64,000 nucleotides of DNA. Origin: Octopus sinensis. Taxonomy: Eukaryota. Both the position numbers and the translations under genes were made by a program. Shown in pieces: positions 49,510-58,940 of this stretch; the first letter of the stretch is position 1; each line of letters starts with the position of its first letter. Under the pieces are notes generated by a model. It did not search any database, was not told the origin of the DNA, and saw only the letters and a list, made by a program, of their open reading frames with translations. Where the stretch lies: assembly GCF_006345805.1 (NCBI RefSeq), contig NC_043022.1:17732001-17796000 (forward strand), written 5' to 3'.

Positions 49510-50160
49510 CATTCTAATGCCAAACTACTAAAACACTGTAAACCCACAGAATTATTGGCCAATAACAGGTCAACCTACAGGAGCCCCACATCAGTTGTCT
49601 ATAAACAGTTTGTAACACAACTGAAAAACAACAATGTTTCACTCGAAGAACAAAACAGGGGCTGGAGAGAGAAGCATTGGGGGGGGCTGTGACTAGAGAA
49701 AGACAAACCTCAACATGACTGGGATTATCAAGAGTGTTCCACATTAATGGATACTGGAGTCTCTCCGCACATACGAAGTAGCTTCAACACTATTTAAATA
49801 TATCAATCATGCAATGGCAAACTAGAAAACCAGCCTAATGTTGAAAAATGTGTCACAAGTCATTAAAACCTGCCTATATTTATAAGAAGAAAGATTTTCC
49901 AAGGAGACTCCTTGTTGTCACTCCTGCTTTTCTGCCTTACTCTGACCCCGCTAACAAACTTGTTAAATGAAACCACCATGGGTTACAGATGCTCTGGACA
50001 AACTGTAAATAATTTCCTATATACTGACGGCTTAAAAATTTTCACTAAAAATATCACTGAACAGAAAAACCTTCAAAAAATTGTCTTTGTTTCAACAACC
50101 AGGATGAGCTTGGGGTTGGACAATGGGCCAAAATGGCATTGAGAAGGGGCAAATTAATAG
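49510..50160 (+). mobile_element. R4/Dong-clade RT fragment (degenerate)
   Basis: NPQNYWPITGQPT and IFQGDSLLSLLLFCLTLTPL...NNFLYTDGLKIF; preceded by an AAT-rich tract. Confidence 0.8.
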
Positions 50161-50297
50161 CAACATTTGGAATAGAAAAATACTTAGAAACATGGTTGAC
50201 TTTTCCTTTCATCCTTTCAGGGTCAATAAAATAAGTACCAGTTGGACATTGGGGTTGATGTAATTGACTCATCCCCTCCACCAAAATTTGAAACCTC

Positions 50298-51750
50298 ATC
50301 ATCATCATTAAACATCCATTGTTCATACTGGCATCGGTTGACTGGTTGGACCATGGCTGGCAAGCTGGAAGGCTGCACCAGACTCTAGTCCGATTTGGCA
50401 TGGTTTTCTACAGCTGGATGCAAAGTGTAATGGGTGATTTTATGTGCCACTGGCATGGGTGCCATTTGTGTGACGCCGGTGTCTTCCACAACTGTAATTT
50501 TGCTCAGCTTGATGGTCTTCTTCTCAAGCACAACATAATGCCAAAAGTCTTGGTCATTACCCCTGTGAGGCCCTACGCTCAAAAGGAACTCAGCCACTTT
50601 GTTCGAATGGTGCTCTTTACGTACCACCAGCATCAGTACCAGTTATGTGACATCAACATCAGCCATAACTACTATTTCACTTGATGGGATTGCTGAAGCA
50701 CAGCATATTGCCAAAGGTCTCGGTCACTAGTCATTGCCTCTGTCAAGCTCAAAGTTCAAAGATCATGCTTCATTATTTCGTCCTATGTCTTCCTGGGTCT
50801 ACCTCTACCACAGGTTCCCTCCACAGTTAGACATCAGCACTTCTTTACACAGCTGTCCTCATCCATATGTATCACATGACCTTACCAGTACAGTTGTCTC
50901 TCTTGCACACCACATCTGATGCCTCTTATGCCTGACTTTTCTCTCAAGATACTTATACTCTGTCAAACATGCACACTGACATTGCACATCCAGTGAAGCA
51001 TACTGGCTTCATTTCCTTCAAACCTTACGCATGTCCTCAGCTGTCACAGCCCATGTTTCAGTGCCATGTAGTGTGGCTGTTCACACACAGGCATCAAACA
51101 ATCTGCCTTTCACTCTGAGAGAGAGGCTCTTTGTTGCCAGCAGGGGTAGGAGCTCTCTGAATTTTACTCAGCCTAATCTTATTCTCACAGCTACGCTCTC
51201 AGAGCATCCACCTCCACTACTAACCTAGATAATGGATGCTATCTACTCCCTTTAGCTTGTACCCCTGGCAATTGATGGAGTCAATTTTCTGCACATTTCA
51301 GTGTTAATTGTACCTGTGCATCTTCCACATACAAAAGTTCTTTTCCCTGTTAACCTTCCTTTGATGTTTTTGCACCTTTTATGTGTCCAAAGCTTACACC
51401 AGGTGCATCTTATGGAGTTTCTACCAACACCTTTTCTACAGACTGAGAAGAGCCATCTACCTGAAGGGATTTGTGATTTGTCTGCCTTCCTACTTACTAA
51501 GACTTTGCATTTTGCTAGGTTAACTCTAAGGCCCTTTGATTCTAAACTGTGCTTCCATACCTGGAACTTCTTCACTAGTTCTGGTAATGATTTGGGTATA
51601 AGAGTAAGGTTATCAACGTAGAGGAGGTCCCAGAGGCAGCCTGTCTTAAATTCCTCTGTTATTGCCAGGAGGACTATGATGAACAAAAAGGGGCTGAGCA
51701 CCAGTCCTTAATGAACCCCTACTTGTACCCTGAATTCTTCGCTGTACTCC
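50298..51750 (-). mobile_element. Older 5'-truncated RTE LINE copy
   Basis: (ATG)n tail; degenerate ORF pieces LSPFLFIIVL...WDLLYVDNL and GVGRNSIRCTWCKLWTHKRC, homologous to 53739-56353. Confidence 0.9.
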
Positions 51751-51927
51751 CTGCCATTCCACCACCACCCACAGATTTGGTCTGTGGCACTCAGCAAGCT
51801 GTCCTGCAAGAATTCCCAGTTGCCCTCTGTCTCACAAGTTTCTAGCTCCTCTTCCTTCCTCTCATCAAATTCCTCAAGTATTATTATTGTTATTATTATT
51901 AATATTATTTTTATCTCTTGTTCACAG

Positions 51928-52029
51928 GTTTACTCGTCATTGTATTTCATTGGGCATCTGAGTCATCCTTTAGCCTGTTTATTTGTATATTTGAATAGAA
52001 GTAAAAAATCAGCCAAGGCCAAGGATTGA
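51928..52029 (+). CDS. LPCAT3: LPCAT3 last coding exon: VYSSLYFIGHLSHPLACLFVYLNRSKKSAKAKD*
   Basis: Acceptor atctcttgttcacag; matches VY.S.YF.GH; TGA at 52027-52029, followed 6 nt later by the donor-like ACA|gtaagc. Confidence 0.93.
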   Translation, partial: VYSSLYFIGHLSHPLACLFVYLNRSKKSAKAKD

Positions 52030-52518
52030 AACACAGTAAGCCTCATTCATTCTTTTGTTTTATTTTTTGTTTGAGTGTTATTTTTCTGTTTTATTTGTGG
52101 ACGCAATTTCAAATTCCTTGCTAGTACCACACACATTTGTACATATTGTATATACAGGAGCGGCTGTGTGGTAAGAAGCTTGCTTTCCAACCACATAGTT
52201 CCAGGTTCAATCCACTGCATGACACCTTGGGCCCACCAAAGCCTTGTGAGTGGATTTGTTAGATGGAAACTGGAAGAAGCCTGTGATATGTATAGTGGGG
52301 GGAAATAAATATTCGTACATGTCAAAATTCTTCATTTATTTAATTTCTAATGAACATAAATGGGATATACCAATACTATATTTGCATACACATGCATAAT
52401 CTAAGAATATGCAAAAGAAACTAATAAATTATAGTAACTAAGGAATTTATATTCAATTATAAATATTTAGGGGTGAAAAAAGTATTCGTACAGAACATAA
52501 ATAACTGATAATTCTGAT

Positions 52519-53505
52519 TTAATACTTCGTAGCATAACCATTATTCAGTTCCACTTCAACCAATCTCTTCTTGTAGTTCTTCACCAATGACTCGCATGTT
52601 TCTTTAGGAATTTTTTCCCATTCTTCTTGACAAATTTTCTTCAAATCTGCAATGAACGTTGGGGCTCTTGAATGAATTTTAATTTTCAAATAACACCACA
52701 AATTTTCAATGGGGTTCAAGTCAGGTGACTGGCTTGGCCATTCTAATAATTTTATATTGTAATCGACAATCCATTTTTTGGTAGACTTTTCGTGTGCTTA
52801 GGGTCGTTATCCTGTTGTAAAACCCACCCTTCACAAAGCTGGAGCTTTTCTACAGAGTCCCATAAATTATTGTTCAAAATATTTTGGTACATCTCTACAT
52901 TCATTCTACCATCTATCACCTGTAAATTGCCAGTACCATTTGCAGAGAAACACCCCCACACCATGATGTTGCCACCTCCAAACTTTACGATAGGAATTGT
53001 GTTTTTCCTCCAAACATGGTTACGCGAATTTCGTCCAAACAATTCAATTTTCAACTCGTCTGTCCATAGAACATTTTCCCAGAATGTATCAGATTTATCT
53101 TTATGTTCATAAACAAATTTTAAATGGGCATCTCTATGCCTTTTAGTCAACAGTGGAGTTTTTCTAGGAGAGCGTGACTTCAGTTCATTCCTATGAAGTT
53201 CATTGCTGATAGTTCCTAGTCCCTGAAGCTAACAAATCTTCTTGCAACTCTTTTCTGGTGATCATTGCATTTTTTTCGATTCTTCACTTCATTTTTATTA
53301 AAGATCTAGGGGAAATCTTGCATGGTGCACCGGATCTTATTCTGTTTTCAACAATTTCCGATTTTTTATATCTTTGAATAAATGAAGATATGGTAGTAAA
53401 TGAAATACAAAGGGTTTCTGATATTTTCCTGTAATTTTTACCTGCTTTCCACTGTTCAATAATTAAGTTATTCACTGAATTTGTGAGTTCTCTACTTTTC
53501 ACCAT
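52519..53505 (-). pseudogene. Disrupted Tc1 transposase
   Basis: Three ORF pieces: N-terminal paired-like domain (MVKSRELT...RSGAP), WTDE...WGCF...QQDNDPKH, and NPIENLW...GYATKY, separated by frameshifts or deletions. Confidence 0.92.
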
Positions 53506-53738
53506 TATTACGATACTACTTTATGTTGTCTCAATGCTGAATGAAGAAGCTAATGTTTTGACACTTAAAAATGACAACTGATAAGATTATTGGAACAAAC
53601 GAGAAAGTTCTAATAAAAAAAAAAAATTATTTTAACGGTATTTTGTGGCATAGAAAATCATAAATTTATTCTATACGAATACTTTTTTCACCCCTAAATA
53701 GTTATAATTGTATATAAATTCATTAGTTACTATAATTT

Positions 53739-56353
53739 CATCATCATCATCGTTTAACGTCCGTTTTCCATGCTAGCATGGGTTGGACGGTTCAACTGGG
53801 GTCTAGGAAGCCAGAAGGCTGAGCCAGGCCCAGTCTGATCTGGCAGTGTTTCTACAGCTGGATGCCCTTCCTAACGCCAACCACTCCATGAGTGTAGTGG
53901 GTGCTTTTTACGTGCCACCTGAGCAGGTGCCAGACGAGGCTGGCAAACGGCCACGATTGGATGGTTCTCTTACGTGCCGCCGGCACTGGTATCACAGCTA
54001 CAATTTCCATTGATGTTGATCAATTTCGATTTTCACTTGCCTCAACAGGCCTTCACGAGTAGGGTTTGTGTCACAAGAAGGAAAGGTATGCATAAGTGGG
54101 CTGGCCACGGGTTATGGTCTCACTTGTCCTGTTGGGTCTTCCCACGCACAGCATATTTCCAAAGGTCTCGGTCTCTGGTCATTTCCTCGGTGAAACCTAA
54201 AGTTCGAAGGTCGTGCTTCACCACCTCATCCCAGGTCTTCCTGGGTCCACCTCTTCCACAGGTTCCCTTAACACTAGGGTGTGGCACTTTTTCACACAAC
54301 TATCTTCATCCATTCTCGCTACAGGACCATACCATCGCAAACGTCTCTCTTGCACACCACAACTGATTCTTCTTAGGTCCAACTTTTCTCTCAAGGTACT
54401 TACACTCTGTTGAGTATGCACAGACATTACACATCCATCGGAGCATACTGGCTTCATTTCTTGTGAGCTTACACATATCCTCAGCAGTTACGGCCCAAAT
54501 TTCACTGCCATGTAGCATGGCTGTTCGTACACGTGTCATACAGTCTGCCTTTTACTCTGAGCGAGAGGCCTTTTGTCACCAGCAGAGGTAAAAGCTCTCT
54601 GAATTTTACCCAGGCTATTCTTACTCTAGCAGTTACACTTTCAACACAACCACCCCCACTACTGACTTGGTCACCTAGGTAACGGAAGCTATCAACAATT
54701 TCTAGTTTTTCTCCCTGGAATGTGGCAGAAGTTGGTCTCTGCGCATTTTCAGTGTTTATTGCTCCTGAGCATCTGCCACAAACAAAAACTATTTTCCTAG
54801 TTAGCCCTCCTTTGACATTGCTGCACCTCTTGTGTCCATAGCTTACACTTGGTGCATCTTATAGAGTTCCTACCTATGCCTTTTCTACAGATCGAGCAGG
54901 GCGATCTACCTGAAGGCGTTTGTGATTGGTCTACCTTCCTACTTATTAGGACTTTGGTTTTAGCTAGGTTGATTCTAAGGCCCTTCGATTCTAATCCTTG
55001 TCTCCACACTTGAAACTTTGCCTCTAGTTCTGATAGTGACTCAGCAATTAGAGCAAGGTCATCAGCATATAGGAGCTCCCAGGGGCATCCTGTCTTTAAT
55101 TCCTCCATTATTGCCTGGAGGACTATGATATATAGGAGGGGGCTGAGGACTGAACCTTGGTGGACCCCTACCTCTACCCTGAATTCTTTAGTGTACTCGT
55201 TGCCAACCCTCACCTTACTTACAGCGTCTCTGTACATGGCTTGCACAGCTCTCACTAACCATTCATCTATCCCTAGTTTCCTCATTGACCACCAGATAAG
55301 GGATCGGGGGACCCTGTCAAAGGCTTTCTCCATGTCAACGAAAGCCAGGTACAGGGGCTTATCTTTGGCTAGGTATTTCTCCTGCAGCTGTCTCACCACA
55401 AATATGGCATCAGTGGTGCTTTTCCCTGGCACGAAACCAAACTGCATCTCATCCAAGCTGACTCTCTCCCTAATCAGTTGGGCTATGACCCTCTCCGTAA
55501 CCTTCATTACCTGATCCAACAGCTTGATACCCCTGTAGTTATTTGTATCTAAAGCATCACCTTTACCTTTGTAGCAGTTGACTATTATGCTGCTACACCA
55601 GTCATTGGGTATGACTTCTTCGTGTATCACCTGGTTAACTATACAGGTGACTAGGCTATAGCCAACACTGCCAGATATTTTGAGCATCTCTGCAGCAATT
55701 CCTGATGGGCCTGGGGCTTTCCCTGTCTTCATGCTTCTAATTGCCTTAACTACTAAGGAACTGTCAACTCGGATAGCTGGTCCCTCTGTTGGGTCAACAT
55801 TCAGCAGACTCTCTTTATCCCATTCATTTCCTTTATTCAGCAACCTTTCATAGTGGCATCTCCAAACCTCTCTCTTTGCATCCTCATTCAGCGCAAGTGA
55901 ACCATCATCCATGCAAACACATTTCTCTCCTACTACATCACGATTCTCTCTCACACACTGTCTTGCAACACGGAATACCTCAAGTCTTTGGTCCTCACGG
56001 CGCAGAACATTGGCAAATTTTTTCTTATCTGCTTCCCTTCTGGCTAAATAAACCTGTCTCCTAGCTTCCCTTCTGGTAGTCTGATACAATTCCCTGCTAC
56101 CACCATTTTTCCAGTCCTTCCAAGCCTGTCTCTTTTCTCTAATAGCCCTGTCTACAACATTGTTCCACTACCACGTTATTTTGGGTCGAGAGGGGACTTT
56201 GCACCAGCCACAGATCTGGTCAGTGGCTCTCAGCAGGTTGTCCCTTAGAGATCTCCAGTTGTCGTCTACCCCATGTGAAGCTATATCCCCTTCTACTTCG
56301 TCAAAGGCTTCAAGTAATATGTCCCTAAATCTCTGTCCATTCGCAGGATCTTT
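53739..56353 (-). mobile_element. Young, 5'-truncated RTE-clade LINE
   Basis: (ATG)n tail at the 53739 end; 6-bp TSD TAATTT (53733-53738 / 56354-56359); long RT ORF with few disablements. Confidence 0.95.
54797..56089 (-). CDS. RTE LINE ORF2 reverse transcriptase (430-aa open segment)
   Basis: Motifs NYRGIKLL, QFGFVPGKSTTDAIF, FVDMEKAFDRV, GVHQGSVLSPLL, LLYADDLAL and a Cys-rich post-RT motif. TGG>TAG stop just upstream (~56166) and a frameshift near 54830. Confidence 0.93.
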   Translation of the reverse strand: MYQTTRREARRQVYLARREADKKKFANVLRREDQRLEVFRVARQCVRENRDVVGEKCVCMDDGSLALNEDAKREVWRCHYERLLNKGNEWDKESLLNVDPTEGPAIRVDSSLVVKAIRSMKTGKAPGPSGIAAEMLKISGSVGYSLVTCIVNQVIHEEVIPNDWCSSIIVNCYKGKGDALDTNNYRGIKLLDQVMKVTERVIAQLIRERVSLDEMQFGFVPGKSTTDAIFVVRQLQEKYLAKDKPLYLAFVDMEKAFDRVPRSLIWWSMRKLGIDEWLVRAVQAMYRDAVSKVRVGNEYTKEFRVEVGVHQGSVLSPLLYIIVLQAIMEELKTGCPWELLYADDLALIAESLSELEAKFQVWRQGLESKGLRINLAKTKVLISRKVDQSQTPSGRSPCSICRKGIGRNSIRCTKCKLWTQEVQQCQRRAN

Positions 56354-56808
56354 TAATTTATTAGTTTCTTTTGCATATTCTTAGTTTATGCATGTGTATG
56401 CAAATATAGTATTGGTATATCCCATTTATGTTCATTAGAAATTAAATAAATGAAGAATTTTGACATGTACGAATATTTATTTCCCCCCACTGTATATATT
56501 TGTGTGTGTGTGTGTTTGTTCCCCCCACCATTGCTTGACAACCAATGCTGATGTGTTTGTGTCTCTGTAACTTAGCAGTTCAGCAAAAGAGATTGATAGA
56601 ATAAATACTAGGCTTACAACGAACAAGTCCTGGGGTTGATTTCTTCAACTAACATTCTTTAAGGCAATGCTCCAGACAAATGGCTGAAACAAGTAGAAGA
56701 TTATGCATAATATATGTTATTGTAATATTTGTGGCTGTTTACTGGTTGCGTACGCATAATATATCCACGTAAAATACATCCAAGATGTTTTGCCTGTTCC
56801 ATCTGCAG

Positions 56809-57680
56809 ATGATAACAAGCAAACATCTAATGTTCTATCATTTGTGTTTGGTTCTTTGAGAAAATATGTGGACCTAACAATTATTTTTAGAATTCGACTG
56901 AACCTATTCCAATCTACAGATCATTCCTCAGCCAGCAAATCTAGCATAAAAGCATTCCAATTGTGACCATCCCAATTTTTGCAGACATGCTCTATCTTCT
57001 TCTATAGGTTTCTTTTCCATTCTGCACTCTCGTCCATCTTTCTCTGTCAGCTCCTTACTCCAGTTTGGATGCTGTAATTGATTCTTCACCACCCTTCCCA
57101 CAATGCAATGTTGTTGATTCAAAGAGAGAGAACAATTGTCTATCTTGGACTATATTAGCTAATGTGTTTTTAAGTGTGTAACGTATCATTTTAGGGAGAT
57201 TTGACCTGCTATTTCTCCAAGGTCAAGTGATCCTGTGAAGAGTTTGTTCTTCAATGGTTTGCTGCTGTCTTTGGTCTGTTACTAAGCATGAACACAATTG
57301 TGGCCATTCGCTTAAGAATCTCACTTTGCAATTTTGTGGTTTCAGGTTTAAATTCTATTGTTTGGGCTGTGACCAAGACATTCAATTGACTCAAACATTC
57401 TCAGTGGCACTGGATGTGGTTGGAAACAACAGAAGCTTGTTGGTTTGGCAATCCAGCTCTTTGTTGTAGACCTAATCTGTTGCCCACTTCAACACCTCCT
57501 GACTCTTCAGTGCTGGGAGTCTTGTGAGCATTCAAACCAAGAATCAGAAGAAGCCAAGAGTCATATCTTCTTCCAATTTTAGTGGTGCTGAAAATAACAG
57601 GCCCTGCATGCTGCCCCTTTCTATATTGATTACTCTATAAAAAAAAAAGATAATAAATGTGGGCCCAGCTTATTTAGAAC
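56809..57680 (+). other. Candidate non-coding terminal (3'UTR) exon of LPCAT3
   Basis: First strong acceptor after the TE nest (ttttgcctgttccatctgcag|, ending 56808); AATAAA near 57653. Inference only; the end coordinate is approximate. Confidence 0.35.
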
Positions 57681-57802
57681 AGGATTGAATGTACTAACCT
57701 TTGCCCTCCCCCCCCCCATTCTCCACTATCTACACCCTGTTTTATCTTCTTCAGTTTTGTAGCCTAAGATTTCTTCCTGTCTGACATTTTCTGTAAGACA
57801 AA

Positions 57803-58012
57803 CTTGTCACCAGTTCAAATATATCTGAGGCATATTTGAACCCATAAGAAATCTATTTAATGTATTTTGTGATGGAGAAAGATTTCTTGCTGTAGACAAA
57901 CAGATGCAAATATACCGAGTCAGAATGGGAAATTTTCTCCTTTACAAAATCCAATGAATGGATTTCTGATGGGTCCAAAACATGCCTGAAACATATTTGA
58001 ACTGGGACCAAG
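57803..58012. repeat. MITE-like element with 31-bp imperfect inverted repeats
   Basis: cttgtcaccagttcaaatatatctgaggcat (57803-57833) versus the reverse complement of 57982-58012. Confidence 0.6.
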
Positions 58013-58226
58013 TTTCTATGTCCACATATCACAGCTTAGCCCTGTCCCCATGTATTAATGGTAACGTCTCTTCAACATTCAACACACAGGTTTGTTCTCT
58101 CTCTCTCTCTCTCTCTCACTGTTTTAACTGCTTCTTTCGCCCCCCCCCACATGTCTGTCTGCCTGTCTTGTATTTGTTGTGCTTTACAATCTCTTTTCTC
58201 AATCTGTCTCTCTCTGTCTTTACCAG

Positions 58227-58358
58227 GATCCAAACAACTTTGAGTATGCTGCTACTGCTGCTGCTGCTGCTGCTGGTGTTAATGCTGTGCCACAGGATCA
58301 ATTCCTGCCCTTCCTATATCTTCAATCTCATGTGATGAAATTACAAAAAAAAATTTAA
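58227..58358 (+). CDS. Candidate terminal coding exon of an unidentified gene: DPNNFEYAATAAAAAAGVNAVPQDQFLPFLYLQSHVMKLQKKI*
   Basis: Strong acceptor ctctctctgtctttaccag, open phase-0 frame with the (GCT)n repeat read as poly-Ala, followed by UTR-like microsatellite sequence. No homolog recognised. Confidence 0.35.
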   Translation, partial: DPNNFEYAATAAAAAAGVNAVPQDQFLPFLYLQSHVMKLQKKI

Positions 58359-58371
58359 AAAGACCAAAAAA

Positions 58372-58420
<49 letters not shown>

Positions 58421-58895
58421 AATAACAACAACCCCTCCCTCTCTATCACTCCTCTCCCCCCAAAAATATATAAAAAAAAAAGCAAAGCCAAAATAGATTG
58501 GATATTTTTTTCCTGAGAAAGTAAAAGAAAGTGTTTGAAACAAAATTCTATTTTATTTTTTGACAAAAAAAAAACAAAAAAAAAATGATTAATTAATTAA
58601 TTTCATTGTTTTCCCACCCTTCCTCTTCGCTAATTCTATTAACATCATCATCAAGATAATTATTATTATTGTTACTATCATCATCATCATCTTCATAATA
58701 AGCGGTACCTTTTAAATAATATGAGGTACCATTGTTTCTCGAGTCCCTTTGATTCTATATTAGAACTGCTCTCATCTCATTTGATCTCACTAATGCACTT
58801 GTGAAAGGCAGGACTGACACTTTCTCTGTCAAGTCCAACAAAAATCTTTAATACGTGAAGGCTTTAGCATAAAACCTTTACATCTCCTTTATTTC

Positions 58896-58896
<1 letters not shown>

Positions 58897-58939
<43 letters not shown>
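58897..58939. repeat. (ATT)n microsatellite
   Basis: Direct observation. Confidence 0.98.

Positions 58940-58940
<1 letters not shown>

Larger units (their letters stand above)
28621..52035 (+). other. LPCAT3: Multi-exon gene span (5'-incomplete): MBOAT lysophospholipid acyltransferase 5 (LPCAT3/MBOAT5/nessy-like)
   Basis: Eleven exons join in frame (108+107+138+108+71+109+87+167+148+156+102 = 1301 nt, plus 1 nt from a missing upstream exon). The product matches LPCAT3 motifs GYP..., HCVL.LKL.G, YFFGAFLIGPQ, EGICILTGL, FN..T..W and LALWHG. Confidence 0.95.
52293..56492 (-). mobile_element. Tc1/mariner (DD34E-type) transposon with about 200-bp IR/DR terminal inverted repeats, interrupted by an RTE LINE
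   Basis: Ends TA|TAGTGGGGGGAAATAAATATTCGTAC and GTACGAATATTTATTTCCCCCCACTG|TA. Left TIR 52293-~52495; right TIR split into ~53668-53738 and 56354-56492. Transposase fragments lie inside. Confidence 0.95.
52156..56700 (+). repeat. SINE family A copy split by the Tc1 insertion (head 52156-52292, tail 56493-56700)
   Basis: Head ends at ...gaagaagcctgtgatatgTA and the tail resumes TAtatttgtgtgtg...; joined, the two halves give a normal family A copy. Confidence 0.85.

Noticed and set aside
55125-55514. + strand 129-aa ORF and similar ORFs inside RTE and Tc1 copies
   Set aside because: Antisense shadows of the transposon ORFs.
57250-57590. Coding-like minus-strand stretch with an acceptor near 57589
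   Set aside because: Stops interrupt every frame and there is no donor; more likely UTR or decayed TE.
58226-58330. Minus-strand reading of the CAG/GCA repeat with a donor at 58225
   Set aside because: The poly-Q and poly-A frames are closed by nearby stops, and the remaining frame has only a weak acceptor.
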